A DNA stretch of 64,000 bases from Candidatus Eiseniibacteriota bacterium (GCA_963783375.1 CAWANH010000029.1:96001-160000), one strand, 5' to 3'; positions 29,133-40,742 are shown, numbered from the stretch's first letter. Notes: a model not told the origin generated them from the sequence alone. Made by a program: numbers and translations.

Positions 29133-29681
29133 CTACCCCGCCAGGAGTTCGGCGACCCGGAACAGCGGCCGGAACTCCACCTCGTGCTCGGCGCAGGCCG
29201 CGTCCCCTCCCTGCTCCCGGTCCACCACGCAGACCAGGCGCGGCACCTTGGCGCCTTCGCCGCGGGCCACGGCCAGCGCCCGGAGCACCGAACCTCCGGT
29301 GGTCACCACGTCCTCCACCAGCGCCACCGTCCCGCCCACCGGGAAGTGACCCTCGATGAGCTTGGCGGTGCCGTGTCCCTTGGCTTCCTTCCGCACCAGG
29401 AAGGTCGGAAGCGGCCGTCCGCGCCGGAAGCTCTCCGCGGCGATGGCCCCCACCAGGGGAGCCGCCCCGAGGACCGGCCCCCCCACCGCGCTCAGCTCCA
29501 GGTCGTCCAGCTCGTCGAGGATCAGCTCGGCGCAAAGCGCCGCCCCTTCGGGGTGCATGCTGGTGCGGCGGACGTCCAGGTAGAACGAGCTCTTGGCCCC
29601 GGAGGCGAGGGTGAAGTCGCCCCGCATGAGGCTTTCCCGGACCAGGATTTCCTTCAATCGGCGGCGGGCTTCGGCGGACAT
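29133..29681 (-). CDS. pyrE: orotate phosphoribosyltransferase
   Basis: GDFTLASGAKSSFYLD, VRKEAKGHG, LVEDVVTTGGS, VVDR. Confidence 0.95.
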   Translation of the reverse strand: MSAEARRRLKEILVRESLMRGDFTLASGAKSSFYLDVRRTSMHPEGAALCAELILDELDDLELSAVGGPVLGAAPLVGAIAAESFRRGRPLPTFLVRKEAKGHGTAKLIEGHFPVGGTVALVEDVVTTGGSVLRALAVARGEGAKVPRLVCVVDREQGGDAACAEHEVEFRPLFRVAELLAG

Positions 29682-29708
29682 CGGGACCTCCTCGTAAAGC
29701 GTCTCGCC

Positions 29709-29737
29709 AAGCTAAGCCGCTCTCCGGCCCCCGTCAA
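29709..29737 (-). promoter_or_regulatory. sigma70 promoter for pyrE-NUDIX
   Basis: Minus strand TTGACG-N17-TAGCTT. Confidence 0.55.
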
Positions 29738-29761
29738 GACCCGGCGCCGCCGGCGCGAGCG

Positions 29762-29790
29762 GTGACCTGCCCCGCCGGATGGTCTAAACT
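29762..29790 (+). promoter_or_regulatory. sigma70-like promoter for the S8 peptidase (divergent from pyrE)
   Basis: GTGACC-N17-TAAACT. Confidence 0.45.
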
Positions 29791-29869
29791 TGTTCCCATG
29801 CAATCCGCGGGTCGCGCGCGTCGCGCTGTACGGGGAGGGTGGCGGTCCGCGCCGGGTCGCGGTGTCCGC

Positions 29870-32800
29870 ATGCTCCGAGGCCTCGGGGTGCCGGCGCTGG
29901 CGCTTCTGGTTTTCCTGGGCGCCGTTTCCCCCGCCGCCCGCGCCGCCGCCGCCGACGAGGTCCCCGGCCGGCTGGTGCTCGAGCTGACCGACGCCGCGGC
30001 CAGGGCGCTTCGGGCCGGCACCCTGGATCTCCCGATCCCGGTGGGGGGGAGGCGCTGGAGCCGCACCTGGAGCCGTTGTTCCGGAATGCCTCCCCGCGGC
30101 TTCGCCGCTACGCCCTTCTCACCTTCCATGCCGGGCGCGTCCCCGATCCGAGCGGCTTGAACCGCGAATGGCTGGACGCCTTGTCGGTCTCTCCCGAGGT
30201 GGTGCGCGGGGAGCCGGACCGGGTGATGGGGATGTCCGCCCTCCCCGACGACCCGTATCTCCTGGGCGACGGTGGGCTCCCGCGACAGCTCAATCTGGTG
30301 AACCCCGGCGGGCCGTCCCTGGCGGCGTCGCGGGCCTGGCCCTTCGTTCCCGCCGGCCGCACCGTCACCGTGGCCATCATCGACAGCGGGGTGGACTGGA
30401 GGCACCCGGACCTGGGCGGCCCCGATCCTCCCGGCACCGGCGTGTTCTGGGTCAACGTGGCCGAACGGGACGGCGTCGCCGGCGTGGACGACGACGGGAA
30501 CGGGTACGTGGACGATTTCATCGGGTGGGACTTCGTGGATCTTCCCCGCGATCTTGGCGGGACCCCGGTGAACCCCGGCGAGGACGCGGCCACCGAGGAC
30601 AACGACCCCTCCGACTTCGCCGGACACGGGACGCTGGTGGCCGGCTTCGTGAACGCCCTCACCGGAAACGGAGTCGGAATCGCCGGGGCCGCCCCTCCGG
30701 CCCGGATCATGGCGCTCCGGTGCGGATGGAAGGCCACGACCTCGACCCAGCTCGAGGCCTCGATCTACATGACCTACTGCGCGCGCGCTCTCCACTACGC
30801 GGCGGTGAACGGCGCCCGGGTCGTCAACTGCTCCTGGGATAGCCAGGATGTCCTGGGGCTCGGGGCGGCCGTCGACGAGGCGGTCATCGACTACGGGGTG
30901 GTGATCGTGGGGTCGGCGGGGAACCAGGGCACCTCGACGCCGGTCTACCCCTACCTCCAATACGTCGCCCAGCGAACCGACTGCCTGGGGGTCGCGGGGG
31001 TGCTGAGTTCCGGGGTGAAGGCGGGGGGGAGCAATTTCGGATCCTGGGTCGACGTGAGCGCGTTCTACACCGGGAACCCGAGCACCCTGTTCCGCTACTC
31101 CGACCGGCAGTCCAGCTACGGCGTGTACTCCGGCACCTCCTTCGCCTCCCCCCAGGTGGCGGCCGAGGCCGCGCTCCTTCGCGCGGTGGCCCCCGGCGCG
31201 GACGCGGCCCAGGTCCGGTCATGGATCACCGGCACCGCCGGGAGCCTCGACGATCTCAACCCCGGCTACGTGGGGCTCCTGGGCGCCGGGCTGGCCGACT
31301 ACGCCGCCGCGGTCCAGGCCGCGGGCGGGCGGATGGGACCGCGCGGATCGCCGCCCGGGGACTGGTCCCGTTCACCGCGACCGGAGCCGCCCCCGGCGTG
31401 GCCTACCGGAGCGCCGATTCCGTGGGCGTGGTGGAGACCGCCGGCGGCTTCCACCCTCCGGACTGGGGGCGGTCCCAGATCGCGGCGTTCCCGCCGGAGC
31501 GGCCGCCGCTCCCTGCGGTGGCGACCTGGACGGACGGCGAGGATCTCCTGCTCTGGCGCTCCCCGGGACTGGTCCAGGCCACCCGCGCCCCCGGCCTGCT
31601 CCTCGCCGGCTGGCCGCAACCGGTCCCCGCCGGGGCGGGGGAGCCGATCGTGTGGGGGGGGGACGCCGCCGCGCGGATCTACGTCCCCGCCGCGGACAGC
31701 GTGGTGCTCGTCACCCCCGGCTCCGGGTTCGACGTGGCGGCGACCTCCATCGACCTTCCGGTCTCCTCCCTCGCCGTGGGCCAGCTCGACGCGGACACCG
31801 AACCCGAGCTGGCCGGCCTCGATACCCTGGGAACGCTCCACGTGCTGGATCCCGCCCCCGGCGGCGGCTCCACCGCGTGGGAGGACGCGGTGGGGGCGGG
31901 CCCCCTCCCTCCGGTGATCGGGGAATTCGACGGATCGGGCTTGGGACGGATCGTCGTGGCCGGACCCGACCCCGCCCTGCCCGCCGCCCGCCAGGTCCTC
32001 CATTTCCGGGGCTCGGGGGGGAACTTCCATCTTGATGTGACGCTTGAAGCGTCGGCGATTACCGCGTTGTCCCTGGCCGGTTTCCATGACGCCGCCCGCA
32101 TGGAGGCGGTCGCGGTGGACGCCGGCGGCGGGATCCACCTGGTCGGGGTCGACGGCGCGGTGCGCAGCGTTTCGGCGGGGGGGCCGGTGGCCGGCGAGGC
32201 GCTCTGCGCGGACCTCGACGGGGACTGGGAGTCGGATCTCCTGGCCCTGCGCCGGGACGGGATGCTGGTGGCCTGGGACCGGAACCTCGTCCCGCTGCCG
32301 GGTTTCCCCCGGCGTTTTCCCGACCGCGCCGCCGAGACCCCGCTGGTGACCGACGCCGGCGACCGCCGCTACGTGGTGGTGGCCGACACCGCCGGGGGAC
32401 TCTGGTCGCTTCCCGTGGGGCCCTCGAACCGGCCCGCCCCCTGGCCCATGGCCCGGGGGAATCGCGGCCGGACCGGGTTCCTGGACCGGGAGGCCGCGGT
32501 CCCGGTCGAGCCCGTCCTGGTCGGCCTTCACTGGAACGGGGCGGACGCCTCGGTCTGCTGGGAGGGGATCGGCCTCGAAGCCCTGGCCTCCCTCCGGGTG
32601 ATCCGCGAGGACGGGGGGGCGACCCTCTGGAGCGGGGCCGCGGTCGATCGGGGGTGCGCGGGACTGGGGGATCGACCCCCGGGGGAGACCTTGGCGCTAC
32701 AGGGCGCGGACCGAGGCCTCGGATGGCGGACCCTGGGGCGCGTGACCGTCGCCGGCCGGACGGGGATCCGCCTGGCCGCCGGATTCCCCAACCCCTTCAC

Positions 32801-33029
32801 CGCCTCCACCCGGCTCACGTGGTCGGGGTCACGAGGAGCGGTGCGGATCGAGATCTTCGACGTGGCGGGGCGCCGGGCGGCATCGTTCCGGTTCCCGGCG
32901 GAAGCCGGGGGCTTCACCTGGACCGGCGACGACGACACGGGCCGGCTGCTTCCTCCCGGACTCTACTTCGTGCGGGCGGCCGACCGTTCCGGGTACGCGG
33001 TGACCCGGGTGCTGAAGCTTCCCCGCTGA
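29870..33029 (+). CDS. secreted S8 (subtilisin-like) serine peptidase with FG-GAP-like repeats and C-terminal FlgD-Ig/T9SS-type domain; two apparent frameshifts
   Basis: Signal peptide from ATG 29870; catalytic VAIIDSGV, HGTLVAG, SGTSFASPQVA; GQLDADTEPEL and ADLDGDWESDL repeats; GFPNPF..FDVAGRR..GLYFVRA. One added G at 30043-30049 and one near 31327-31329 join three ORFs into about 1053 aa. Confidence 0.85.
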
Positions 33030-33067
33030 GGGCCGGTCTCCGGCCGGAGCAACCCCGGGGAACGCGC

Positions 33068-33100
33068 GAACGGGACGCGGCGATGAGCGGCGTCCCGTTC
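33068..33100. terminator. GC-rich hairpin between convergent genes (possible bidirectional terminator)
   Basis: GAACGGGACGC-N11-GCGTCCCGTTC, an 11-bp perfect stem; no clear U tract. Confidence 0.45.
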
Positions 33101-33120
33101 GAACGATGCTCCCGGTGCGG

Positions 33121-33552
33121 CTAGCGCAGGGAGGACTTGTCGTCGACGCCCTCGATCGGGCTCCGGTTCGCGCCCCCCAGGGTGAGGGTCACGACCTTGG
33201 TCGCCGAGGGGCTGCTCTCGTTCCCCGAGACGTCCGAGGCGGTGATGTAGAGGGTCACCAGACCGCTGTTCCTGACGGGAACCGACATGGACGTGCCCTG
33301 GATCGGCCGGTCGTTGACCCGGTGGGTCACGCCGTCCATGGTGGCGTAGACCGTGTACCCGGCCAGGTCCGGCTCGATGTTCCCCTGCCACCAGATCTGC
33401 GCCACGTTCCCGGCGCCGTTCGCTCCCATGACCACCGGGGCCAGGGGAGGCGTGGTGTCGGGACGGGAGACCGACGTTGAGTCGCCGCATCCCATCAGGA
33501 CCATGCCGAGCATGAGGGTGACGGCGACCAGGGATGCGAAGCTCTGCTTCAT
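33121..33552 (-). CDS. lipoprotein with a fibronectin type III-like domain
   Basis: RBS AAGGAG; lipobox LMGC; DTTPPLAP, W..NIEPDLAGYTVY, ITASDVSGNESSPS. Confidence 0.8.
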   Translation of the reverse strand: MKQSFASLVAVTLMLGMVLMGCGDSTSVSRPDTTPPLAPVVMGANGAGNVAQIWWQGNIEPDLAGYTVYATMDGVTHRVNDRPIQGTSMSVPVRNSGLVTLYITASDVSGNESSPSATKVVTLTLGGANRSPIEGVDDKSSLR

Positions 33553-33830
33553 GTTCCAACTCCTTCTTGTCGAGCGCTCGGACCCGGCGATTCACCGGGC
33601 CCATTTCGTCTTCCGCGGGCGTTCCGTTTCCCCACCCCCCGGGTCCCTTCGCTGCGCGCCGGTGCGTTCGAGAAGCATCGAAGGGGAAACTCGTTCAGTG
33701 CCATTCCGTGATCGGAAGTTCCGCCGGGGGCTTGAGCGGGGAGATGGGGGTTCGGTGGGAAAGCGCCCGCGACGGACGGTCGTCTGCCCGTCGGGGGGCC
33801 GCGGCGTTGCGTTCTGCAAGGCGCGCCGGT

Positions 33831-33859
33831 TTGACCGTGCCGGAAACGCGTGCTAGTTT
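33831..33859 (+). promoter_or_regulatory. sigma70 promoter for the M23 peptidase
   Basis: TTGACC-N17-TAGTTT with an extended TG. Confidence 0.55.
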
Positions 33860-33895
33860 CCGCCGCTTGTGTTCTTGCAAGAAAGGAATTGCCGG

Positions 33896-35908
33896 ATGCG
33901 ACGAATCTCGGCGTGGGGGGCGGTTCTGGGGGTTTTGACCCTCATCCCGGCCGCGGCGGGCATCGCGGCGGGAACCGGTCCCCGTCTCGCTCCGGAGAAG
34001 GACGAGGCTCCCGCGGGACCCCTCCTTCCCCCCATGAAACGACCCCTGGTCCTCACCTCCTCCTTCGGGGAGTACCGGTCCGGCCACTACCATGGCGGGC
34101 TCGATCTCTCCACCGGCGGGGCGGCGGGGGAGCCGGTGCTGGCCCCCGCTTCGGGCTGGGTGTGGCGGGTTCGGGTGAGCGGGGTGGGCTACGGGCGCGC
34201 GATCTACTTCCGCCTCGAAGACGGGCGCACCGCGGTCTTCGGTCACCTGAGCGCGTTCGCTCCCACGATCGAGGCCGCGGCGGAAGCGGAGCAGGACCGT
34301 CTCGGCCGCTACGAGGTGGACTTCCAGCCCCCGCCGGACTCCCTGCGGTTCGCGGCGGGCGAGGTTCTGGGCCGGTCGGGATCGAGCGGCGCCGGGCCGC
34401 CCCACCTCCACGCCGAGATCCGGCGCGGGGAGAGCGCCTCCATCGCGGTGAACCCGTTCACCCAGGGGTGGAGCGTTCCCGATACGGTGGCTCCCTCCGT
34501 CACCCGCCTGCGGGTGGAACCGGCCGAGGCCGGTGTGCGGGTGAACGGCGGTCTCGATCCGGTGATCGTGGATCTCGCCCGGCCGGCGTCTCCGGCGTTT
34601 CGTATCGACGGGCCGGTGCGGGTGTGGGTCGAGACCTCGGACCGGGGGGAAGCGGGGGAGTCGCGGGTCGCCCCCTACCAGGTGCTCTGGTCGGTGGACG
34701 AGCGGCCGGTGAGCGCGGTGCGGTTCGACCGCTTCGACTGGAACTGGCCGAGCGAGGTGGAGTGGACCTTCGACGAGGCCCTGGCCCGGAGCCGGAACGA
34801 GCGGTGGATCGCCCTCGATCCCCCTCCCCAGGCCCACCAGGACCTGACGCAGTGGCTGGCCCGGGACCGGCCCTTCGGGTCCGGGCTCGTCCCCGGCGTG
34901 CACCGTCTCCGTTTCGAGGCTCGCGACGCGGCCGGAAACGTGACCCGAAGGGACGTGGACGTCGAGCGGGTGGAGCCGCCGCCTCCCGGGACGCCGTTCG
35001 AAGGCCGGCGGGTGGAGCGAACCGGGCTCAGAAGCCGTGGCCCGTACCTGGTCTGGCGAGCGGCCGGGGAGGGGCTCAAGACCGTGGTCCTCGCCGGAAG
35101 CACCCCGGCCGGGGACACCCTCGGTGGTGGATGGAGCGGCGCCGCCGCGCCGGGGGGATGGGAAGAGGAACTGGAGCGCCCGGTCCCGCCCCGCCGCGGA
35201 ATGTGGAGCTTCACCCTCACCCTTCCCGGAGGGACGTCCGAAACCGCGCGGGCGGCGTGGGCGGGCCGCCTCTTTCCCGCCCTCCCCGCCGAGCCGGTTC
35301 TCGTCTCGGCCCCCGGGTTCCGCATGCAGGTTCCGCCGGACGCGGTGTACGGATCCCTTTGGATCACCGTGGACGAGGGTGACGCACCGGCGCGGACCTC
35401 GAAGACCCGACCCGAGCTGGAGCCGGCCTCCCCCGAAGTGCGCCTCGGGCCCGGGGCCTGGCCCCTTCGTGAGGAGGTGCGGGTCACCCTGACCCCGCGC
35501 CCCGATTCGTCCCGCCGGGGACTCGCGGTCTACCGGTGGGACGACGGATGGAGCTGGGTCGGCGCCGACACCAGCGACGACGGCGTTTCGGGAACGGTGG
35601 GAAACCTCGAGACCCTCGCCCTCCTCCGCGACGACACCCCGCCCGCGGTGACCCTGGAGACACCGGACGCCGGGTCCAAACCCTCTCTCGTCGCCCGGGT
35701 CGCCGACCGGGGCGCGGGGGTGACCTGGCGCGGGCTCACCATGACCCTGGACGGCGCACCGGTCATCGCCGAATGGAATCCCGAGGCGGCGAGTTTCACC
35801 GCCCACCTCCGCCGCGGTCTCGAACCGGGCCGGCACGTCTGGAAGGTGGTGGCGGCGGACCGGGTGGGGAACCGCGCCGAGCGCTCGCTCACCGTGACCG
35901 TCCAATGA
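33896..35908 (+). CDS. M23-family metallopeptidase with C-terminal Ig-like domains
   Basis: Signal peptide; SSFGEYRSGHYHGGLD (HxxxD), GYGRAIY, FGHL, GSSGAGPPHLHAEIR (HxH). Confidence 0.88.
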   Translation: MRRISAWGAVLGVLTLIPAAAGIAAGTGPRLAPEKDEAPAGPLLPPMKRPLVLTSSFGEYRSGHYHGGLDLSTGGAAGEPVLAPASGWVWRVRVSGVGYGRAIYFRLEDGRTAVFGHLSAFAPTIEAAAEAEQDRLGRYEVDFQPPPDSLRFAAGEVLGRSGSSGAGPPHLHAEIRRGESASIAVNPFTQGWSVPDTVAPSVTRLRVEPAEAGVRVNGGLDPVIVDLARPASPAFRIDGPVRVWVETSDRGEAGESRVAPYQVLWSVDERPVSAVRFDRFDWNWPSEVEWTFDEALARSRNERWIALDPPPQAHQDLTQWLARDRPFGSGLVPGVHRLRFEARDAAGNVTRRDVDVERVEPPPPGTPFEGRRVERTGLRSRGPYLVWRAAGEGLKTVVLAGSTPAGDTLGGGWSGAAAPGGWEEELERPVPPRRGMWSFTLTLPGGTSETARAAWAGRLFPALPAEPVLVSAPGFRMQVPPDAVYGSLWITVDEGDAPARTSKTRPELEPASPEVRLGPGAWPLREEVRVTLTPRPDSSRRGLAVYRWDDGWSWVGADTSDDGVSGTVGNLETLALLRDDTPPAVTLETPDAGSKPSLVARVADRGAGVTWRGLTMTLDGAPVIAEWNPEAASFTAHLRRGLEPGRHVWKVVAADRVGNRAERSLTVTVQ

Positions 35909-36084
35909 TCGGATCGTCGCCGCCCACCGCGCTTGCCCGGGGAACCGGCGCGGCGGTATAACCGGGGCATCGAACGCTCGCCGAATCGAGGCGGTCCGGT
36001 TAGACTTCGTCCCTCGCCCGCGGGCCGGGTCCGGCCGTTCAGCCCGTCCCTCACCCGGTCACCCTGACAACGGAACCCAGGATC

Positions 36085-39000
36085 TTGGCAGAGCCCTTCG
36101 TCCACCTTCACGTCCACTCCGACTACAGCCTCCTCGACGGGGCGGCCAAGGTGTCTCGTCTCGTCTCCCGGGCCGCCGAACTCGGGATGCCCGCCGTCGC
36201 GCTGACCGACAGCGGAAACCTCTTCGGGGCGGTGGAGTTCTACCTGGCCGCGCGGCGGGCGGGGGTGAAGCCGATCCTGGGCATGGAGATCTTTCTCACC
36301 CGGGGGAGCCGCCACGACAAGACCCCGCGGAACGCCCGCGGCCTGGACCACCTGGTACTCCTGGCCCGGGACCGGACCGGGTTCAGGAACCTGATGAAGA
36401 TCTCCACCGCGGGCTACCTGGAGGGCTTCTACTACCGGCCCCGGGTGGACTACGAGTTCCTGGAGGAGCACGCCGGGGGACTCATCGCCCTCTCTTCGGG
36501 AATGAGCGGCGCCCTGGCCCGGGAGCTCCTGGAAGGACGCCCCCGCCAGGCCCTTGATCTGGGCGGCCGTTATCGTGAGATCTTCGGGGACCGGTTCTAC
36601 GTGGAGATCCAGGATCACGGGATCGCCCACCAGCGTCCGCTCATTCCCCAGCTCAAGGACGTGGCCGGCAAGATCGGCGCCCCCCTGGTGGCCACCAACG
36701 ACGTCCACTACCTGAGCCCCCAGGACGCGGAGGCCCAGGAGATCCTCATCCTCATCCAGCAGCAGCGTACGGTGGCGGACCAGAATCGCTTCCGCGCCGG
36801 CACCGACCAGCGGTACCTGAAGAGCGCCGGGGAGATGGAGGCGTTGTTCGGGCGGATTCCCGGGAGCCTCACCGCCACCCGGGAGATCGCCGAATCGATC
36901 GAGCTGAAGCTGGACTTCGACAAGCTGCTACTCCCGGACTTTCCCCTCCCCGAAGGGTTCGTCTCCCCCGACGAGTACCTGGTGCACCTGGCCCGGGAGG
37001 GCATGGGGACCCGCTACCGCGAGATCACCCCCTCCCTCACCGAGCGCCTGGACTTCGAGCTCGGCATCATCCGGCGGATGGGCTATGCCGGGTACTTCCT
37101 CATCGTGCGCGATTTCATCCATCACGCCCGGGAAACCGGGATCGCGGTGGGACCGGGCCGGGGCTCGGCCGCGGGGAGCCTGGTGGCCTACTCCCTGGGG
37201 ATCACCGACATCGACCCCATCCGCTTCGGTCTCCTCTTCGAGCGGTTCCTGAACCCCGAGCGGGTGTCGATGCCGGACATCGACGTGGACTTCGACTACC
37301 GCCGGCGGGGTGAGGTCATCGAGTACGTCAAGGGCAAGTACGGCGAGGACTCGGTGACCCAGATCATCACCTTCGGCACCATGGCCGCCCGCGGGGTCAT
37401 CCGCGACGTGGGCCGGGCGTTGGGGATCGAGTTCGCCGACGTGGATCGGATCGCCAAGCTGGTTCCCTCCGAGCTGGGGATCACCCTGGACCGCGCCCTG
37501 GAGCAGGTCCCCGAACTCCGGGAGATGGCCTCCTCGGACGAGGCCCACGCCCGCCTCATCCGGGTGGCACGCACCCTGGAGGGCATGTCCCGCCACGCTT
37601 CCACCCACGCCGCCGGCGTTCTCATCGCCCCCGGACGGCTGGACGAGATGGTGCCGCTCTTCAAGAGCGGGAAGGGGGAAATCTCCACCCAGTGGGACAT
37701 GAAGTCGGTGGAGAAGGCGGGGCTCCTGAAGATGGATTTCCTGGGGCTCCGCACCCTCACCGTGATCGAGGACGCCCTGGATCTCATCACCGAGCGCACC
37801 GGCGCCCGCCCCGACCTCGCCGGGCTTGCGCTCGACGATGAGCCGGCCTTCGATCTCCTGAGGCGGGCCCAGACGGTGGCGGTGTTCCAGCTCGAATCCT
37901 CGGGCATGCGGGACCTGTTGCGCCGGTTGGCGCCGGAGACCTTCGAGGACATCGTGGCGGTCAACGCCCTCTACCGGCCCGGCCCCATGGGCTCGGGCAT
38001 GGTGCAGAACTTCATCGACCGCAAGCACGGGCGCGAGCGGATCGCCTACGAGCACGACATCCTGGAGCCCATCCTCAAGTCCACCTACGGCATGATGGTC
38101 TACCAGGAGCAGGTGATGCAGATCGCCAGCGCGATGGCCGGGTTCACCCTCGGCGAGGCGGACCTCCTCCGGCGGGCCATGGGGAAGAAGAAGAAGGAGG
38201 AGATGGACGCCCAGGAGAAGAAGTTCGTCTCCGGGGCGGTGGAGCGCGGGATCGCCGAGGCCGTCGCGCGAAAGGTCTTCGAGCTCATGGCCTTCTTCGC
38301 GGGCTACGGGTTCAACAAGAGTCACAGCGCGGCCTACGCCATGGTCTCCTACCAGACCGCGTACCTGAAGGCCCACTATCCCGCCGAGTTCATGGCCGCC
38401 ACCCTGACCAGCGAGATGGACTCCACCGACCGGGTGGTGGTGCTGGTGGAGGAGTGCCGGCGCCTCGGCATGGCGGTCCTTCCCCCCGACCTGAACTCCT
38501 CCCGCGCCCCGTTCCACGTGAGCCCGGAGGGAATCCGCTTCGGCCTGGGAGCGGTCAAGAACGTCGGCGTCCACACCATCGAGGAGATCGTGAAGGAGCG
38601 GGAGCGTCGCGGACCCTTCACCTCCATCTTCGATCTCGCGAGGAGGGTGGCCCACGAGGTCATGAACCGGCGCGTGCTGGAGAGCCTGGTGGCGGCGGGG
38701 GCCATGGACGGCCTCCAGGCCTCGCGGGCCTCGATGTTCCACGCCGTGCCCGCCGCGCTGGAGGCGGGGGCCCGCCACCAGCACGACGAGGCCATGGGCC
38801 AGACCTCGCTCTTCGGCGGGGGGGAAGGCGGGGGGGCGGCGTCGACCCTGGTCGAGGTCGAGGACTGGGACCGGAACACCCGCCTCCGCCGGGAGAAGGA
38901 GGTGCTGGGGTTCTACCTCTCCGAGCATCCCCTGGACGCCTACCGGGACGAGATCTCCGCGGTGGCCTCGGGGGACTCCGCGCGGATCAAGGAGATGGGA

Positions 39001-39534
39001 ACCGGGGTCGAAGTCGGGATTCTGGGGGTGGTGACCGCGGTGGTGCGGAAGCTCGACAAGAAGGGCCGCACCATGGGGTTCCTGGTGGTCGAGGACTACG
39101 CGGGGACCCTGGAGTGCGTGCTCTTCAACGAGGTGTTCGAGAAGGTGAAGGACTTCCTGGAGCCCGACCGGGTGGTGCTGGCGCGGGGGAGGCTGGACCG
39201 GCGGGATCCGGAGGGGGACCCCAAGATCGTGACCAACGAGGTGTACGATTTCGAGGCCAGCCGCGGGGACCTGGAGCACACCCTCTATCTTCGTGTTCCC
39301 CTGGACGGCCTGGACGAGAGCCGGCTGGCCGGTCTGGGGAGTATCCTGGAGCGGTACCCGGGCCGGGGGGAGGTCGTGCTGTTCATGGAGACGACCACCG
39401 GCCGCCGGGTCCGCATGAAACTGGGCCGCTTCCGGGTCGGGGTCGAACAGGACCTCCTCCTGGAGCTTCGCGGCATGTTGGGAGACGCCGCCGTCCGCCT
39501 GGGCGAGGCGGTGAGCGGGAGGAACGGCCGGTGA
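36085..39534 (+). CDS. dnaE: DNA polymerase III alpha subunit
   Basis: FVHLHVHSDYSLLDG, VGPGRGSAAGS, MPDIDVDF, KMDFLGL, YGFNKSH, clamp-binding QTSLF, OB fold. Confidence 0.98.
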   Translation: MAEPFVHLHVHSDYSLLDGAAKVSRLVSRAAELGMPAVALTDSGNLFGAVEFYLAARRAGVKPILGMEIFLTRGSRHDKTPRNARGLDHLVLLARDRTGFRNLMKISTAGYLEGFYYRPRVDYEFLEEHAGGLIALSSGMSGALARELLEGRPRQALDLGGRYREIFGDRFYVEIQDHGIAHQRPLIPQLKDVAGKIGAPLVATNDVHYLSPQDAEAQEILILIQQQRTVADQNRFRAGTDQRYLKSAGEMEALFGRIPGSLTATREIAESIELKLDFDKLLLPDFPLPEGFVSPDEYLVHLAREGMGTRYREITPSLTERLDFELGIIRRMGYAGYFLIVRDFIHHARETGIAVGPGRGSAAGSLVAYSLGITDIDPIRFGLLFERFLNPERVSMPDIDVDFDYRRRGEVIEYVKGKYGEDSVTQIITFGTMAARGVIRDVGRALGIEFADVDRIAKLVPSELGITLDRALEQVPELREMASSDEAHARLIRVARTLEGMSRHASTHAAGVLIAPGRLDEMVPLFKSGKGEISTQWDMKSVEKAGLLKMDFLGLRTLTVIEDALDLITERTGARPDLAGLALDDEPAFDLLRRAQTVAVFQLESSGMRDLLRRLAPETFEDIVAVNALYRPGPMGSGMVQNFIDRKHGRERIAYEHDILEPILKSTYGMMVYQEQVMQIASAMAGFTLGEADLLRRAMGKKKKEEMDAQEKKFVSGAVERGIAEAVARKVFELMAFFAGYGFNKSHSAAYAMVSYQTAYLKAHYPAEFMAATLTSEMDSTDRVVVLVEECRRLGMAVLPPDLNSSRAPFHVSPEGIRFGLGAVKNVGVHTIEEIVKERERRGPFTSIFDLARRVAHEVMNRRVLESLVAAGAMDGLQASRASMFHAVPAALEAGARHQHDEAMGQTSLFGGGEGGGAASTLVEVEDWDRNTRLRREKEVLGFYLSEHPLDAYRDEISAVASGDSARIKEMGTGVEVGILGVVTAVVRKLDKKGRTMGFLVVEDYAGTLECVLFNEVFEKVKDFLEPDRVVLARGRLDRRDPEGDPKIVTNEVYDFEASRGDLEHTLYLRVPLDGLDESRLAGLGSILERYPGRGEVVLFMETTTGRRVRMKLGRFRVGVEQDLLLELRGMLGDAAVRLGEAVSGRNGR

Positions 39535-40511
39535 GCAGTTTCTGGCTCGATTTCGAGAAGCCGGTGGTGGAGCTGGAGAACAAGATCAAGGAGATCCGGG
39601 AGTTCGCCGTCACCTCCAACATCGAGGTGGGGGACGAGCTCGGCCGCCTGGAGAAGAAGGCGGACAAGCTCCGCCGGGAGATCTACTCCAACCTCTCCCG
39701 CTGGCAGCGCGTCCAGCTCGCCCGTCATCCCCGCCGGCCCTACACCCTCGACTACGTGGGGTTGCTGTGCGACGAGTTCACCGAGCTTCACGGGGATCGG
39801 GCCTACGGCGAGGACCCATCGATCGTGGGGGGGCTGGCCCGGCTGGAGGGACGTCCCCTGGTGGTGGTGGGACACCAGAAGGGGCGGAACACCAAGGAGA
39901 ACATCCACCGGAACTTCGGCATGCCCCATCCCGAGGGCTATCGGAAGGCCCTGCGACTGTTCCAGATGGCGAACCGGTTCCATCTGCCGGTGGTCACCTT
40001 CGTGGACACTCCGGGAGCCTATCCGGGGGTGGGGGCCGAGGAGCGCGGCCAGTCCGAGGCCATCGCCCGGAACCTGCGCGAGATGGCGCGGCTCGAGGTG
40101 CCGGTGGTCTGCCTGGTGATCGGCGAGGGGGGAAGCGGCGGGGCGCTGGCCCTGGCGGTGGCCGACCGGGTCTACATGCTGGAGAACGCGATCTACTCGG
40201 TGATCTCACCCGAGGGGTGCGCGGGGATCCTGTGGAAGGACAAGGCCAAGGCCCCCGAGGCGGCCGAGGTCCTGAAGCTCACCGCCCGGGACGTGCTGGC
40301 CTTGAACGTGATCGACGGTCTGGTCCCCGAGCCCCTGGGCGGGGCCCACCGGGATCCCCAGAAGACCGCGGAGGCCGTCCGGCAGACCGTGAAGACCGCC
40401 CTGGACGAGCTCTCCGGACTCTCCCCCGACGTCCTGATCGCGGATCGGATGGAGAAATTTCAGGCCATGGGGGTATTCCAGGATGCCGGGGCGAGCGCCC
40501 CGGACCGTTGA
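39531..40511 (+). CDS. accA: acetyl-CoA carboxylase carboxyltransferase alpha subunit
   Basis: GTGA overlap with dnaE; LDFEKP, ARHPRRP, NFGMPHPEGYRKALR, DTPGAYPG, GEGGSGGAL. Confidence 0.97.
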   Translation: MSSFWLDFEKPVVELENKIKEIREFAVTSNIEVGDELGRLEKKADKLRREIYSNLSRWQRVQLARHPRRPYTLDYVGLLCDEFTELHGDRAYGEDPSIVGGLARLEGRPLVVVGHQKGRNTKENIHRNFGMPHPEGYRKALRLFQMANRFHLPVVTFVDTPGAYPGVGAEERGQSEAIARNLREMARLEVPVVCLVIGEGGSGGALALAVADRVYMLENAIYSVISPEGCAGILWKDKAKAPEAAEVLKLTARDVLALNVIDGLVPEPLGGAHRDPQKTAEAVRQTVKTALDELSGLSPDVLIADRMEKFQAMGVFQDAGASAPDR

Positions 40512-40742
40512 CCTCCGGGTCATGCTCCTGCTAGCCTGTTGCCTTCGAACAGGTTATAAGACCAGCAGGGAAGGAGACATCCTCGATCCCAGGCTAGAGG
40601 TTCCATCGAGCTCGGACCGGCGCCGGCGCCCCGCGCCTCCGATCCGGTCCCGCCCCGCCGGTGCGCGAACCCCCGTCGCCGCCGGCATGAACCCAGGACG
40701 TTACTCCAACGACACGGACGGTCGAGGATGTTGGCAAACTTC

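Noticed and set aside
36085-39534. Possible intein or split in dnaE
   Set aside because: The length (1149 aa) is normal and the motifs are contiguous, with no intein signatures.
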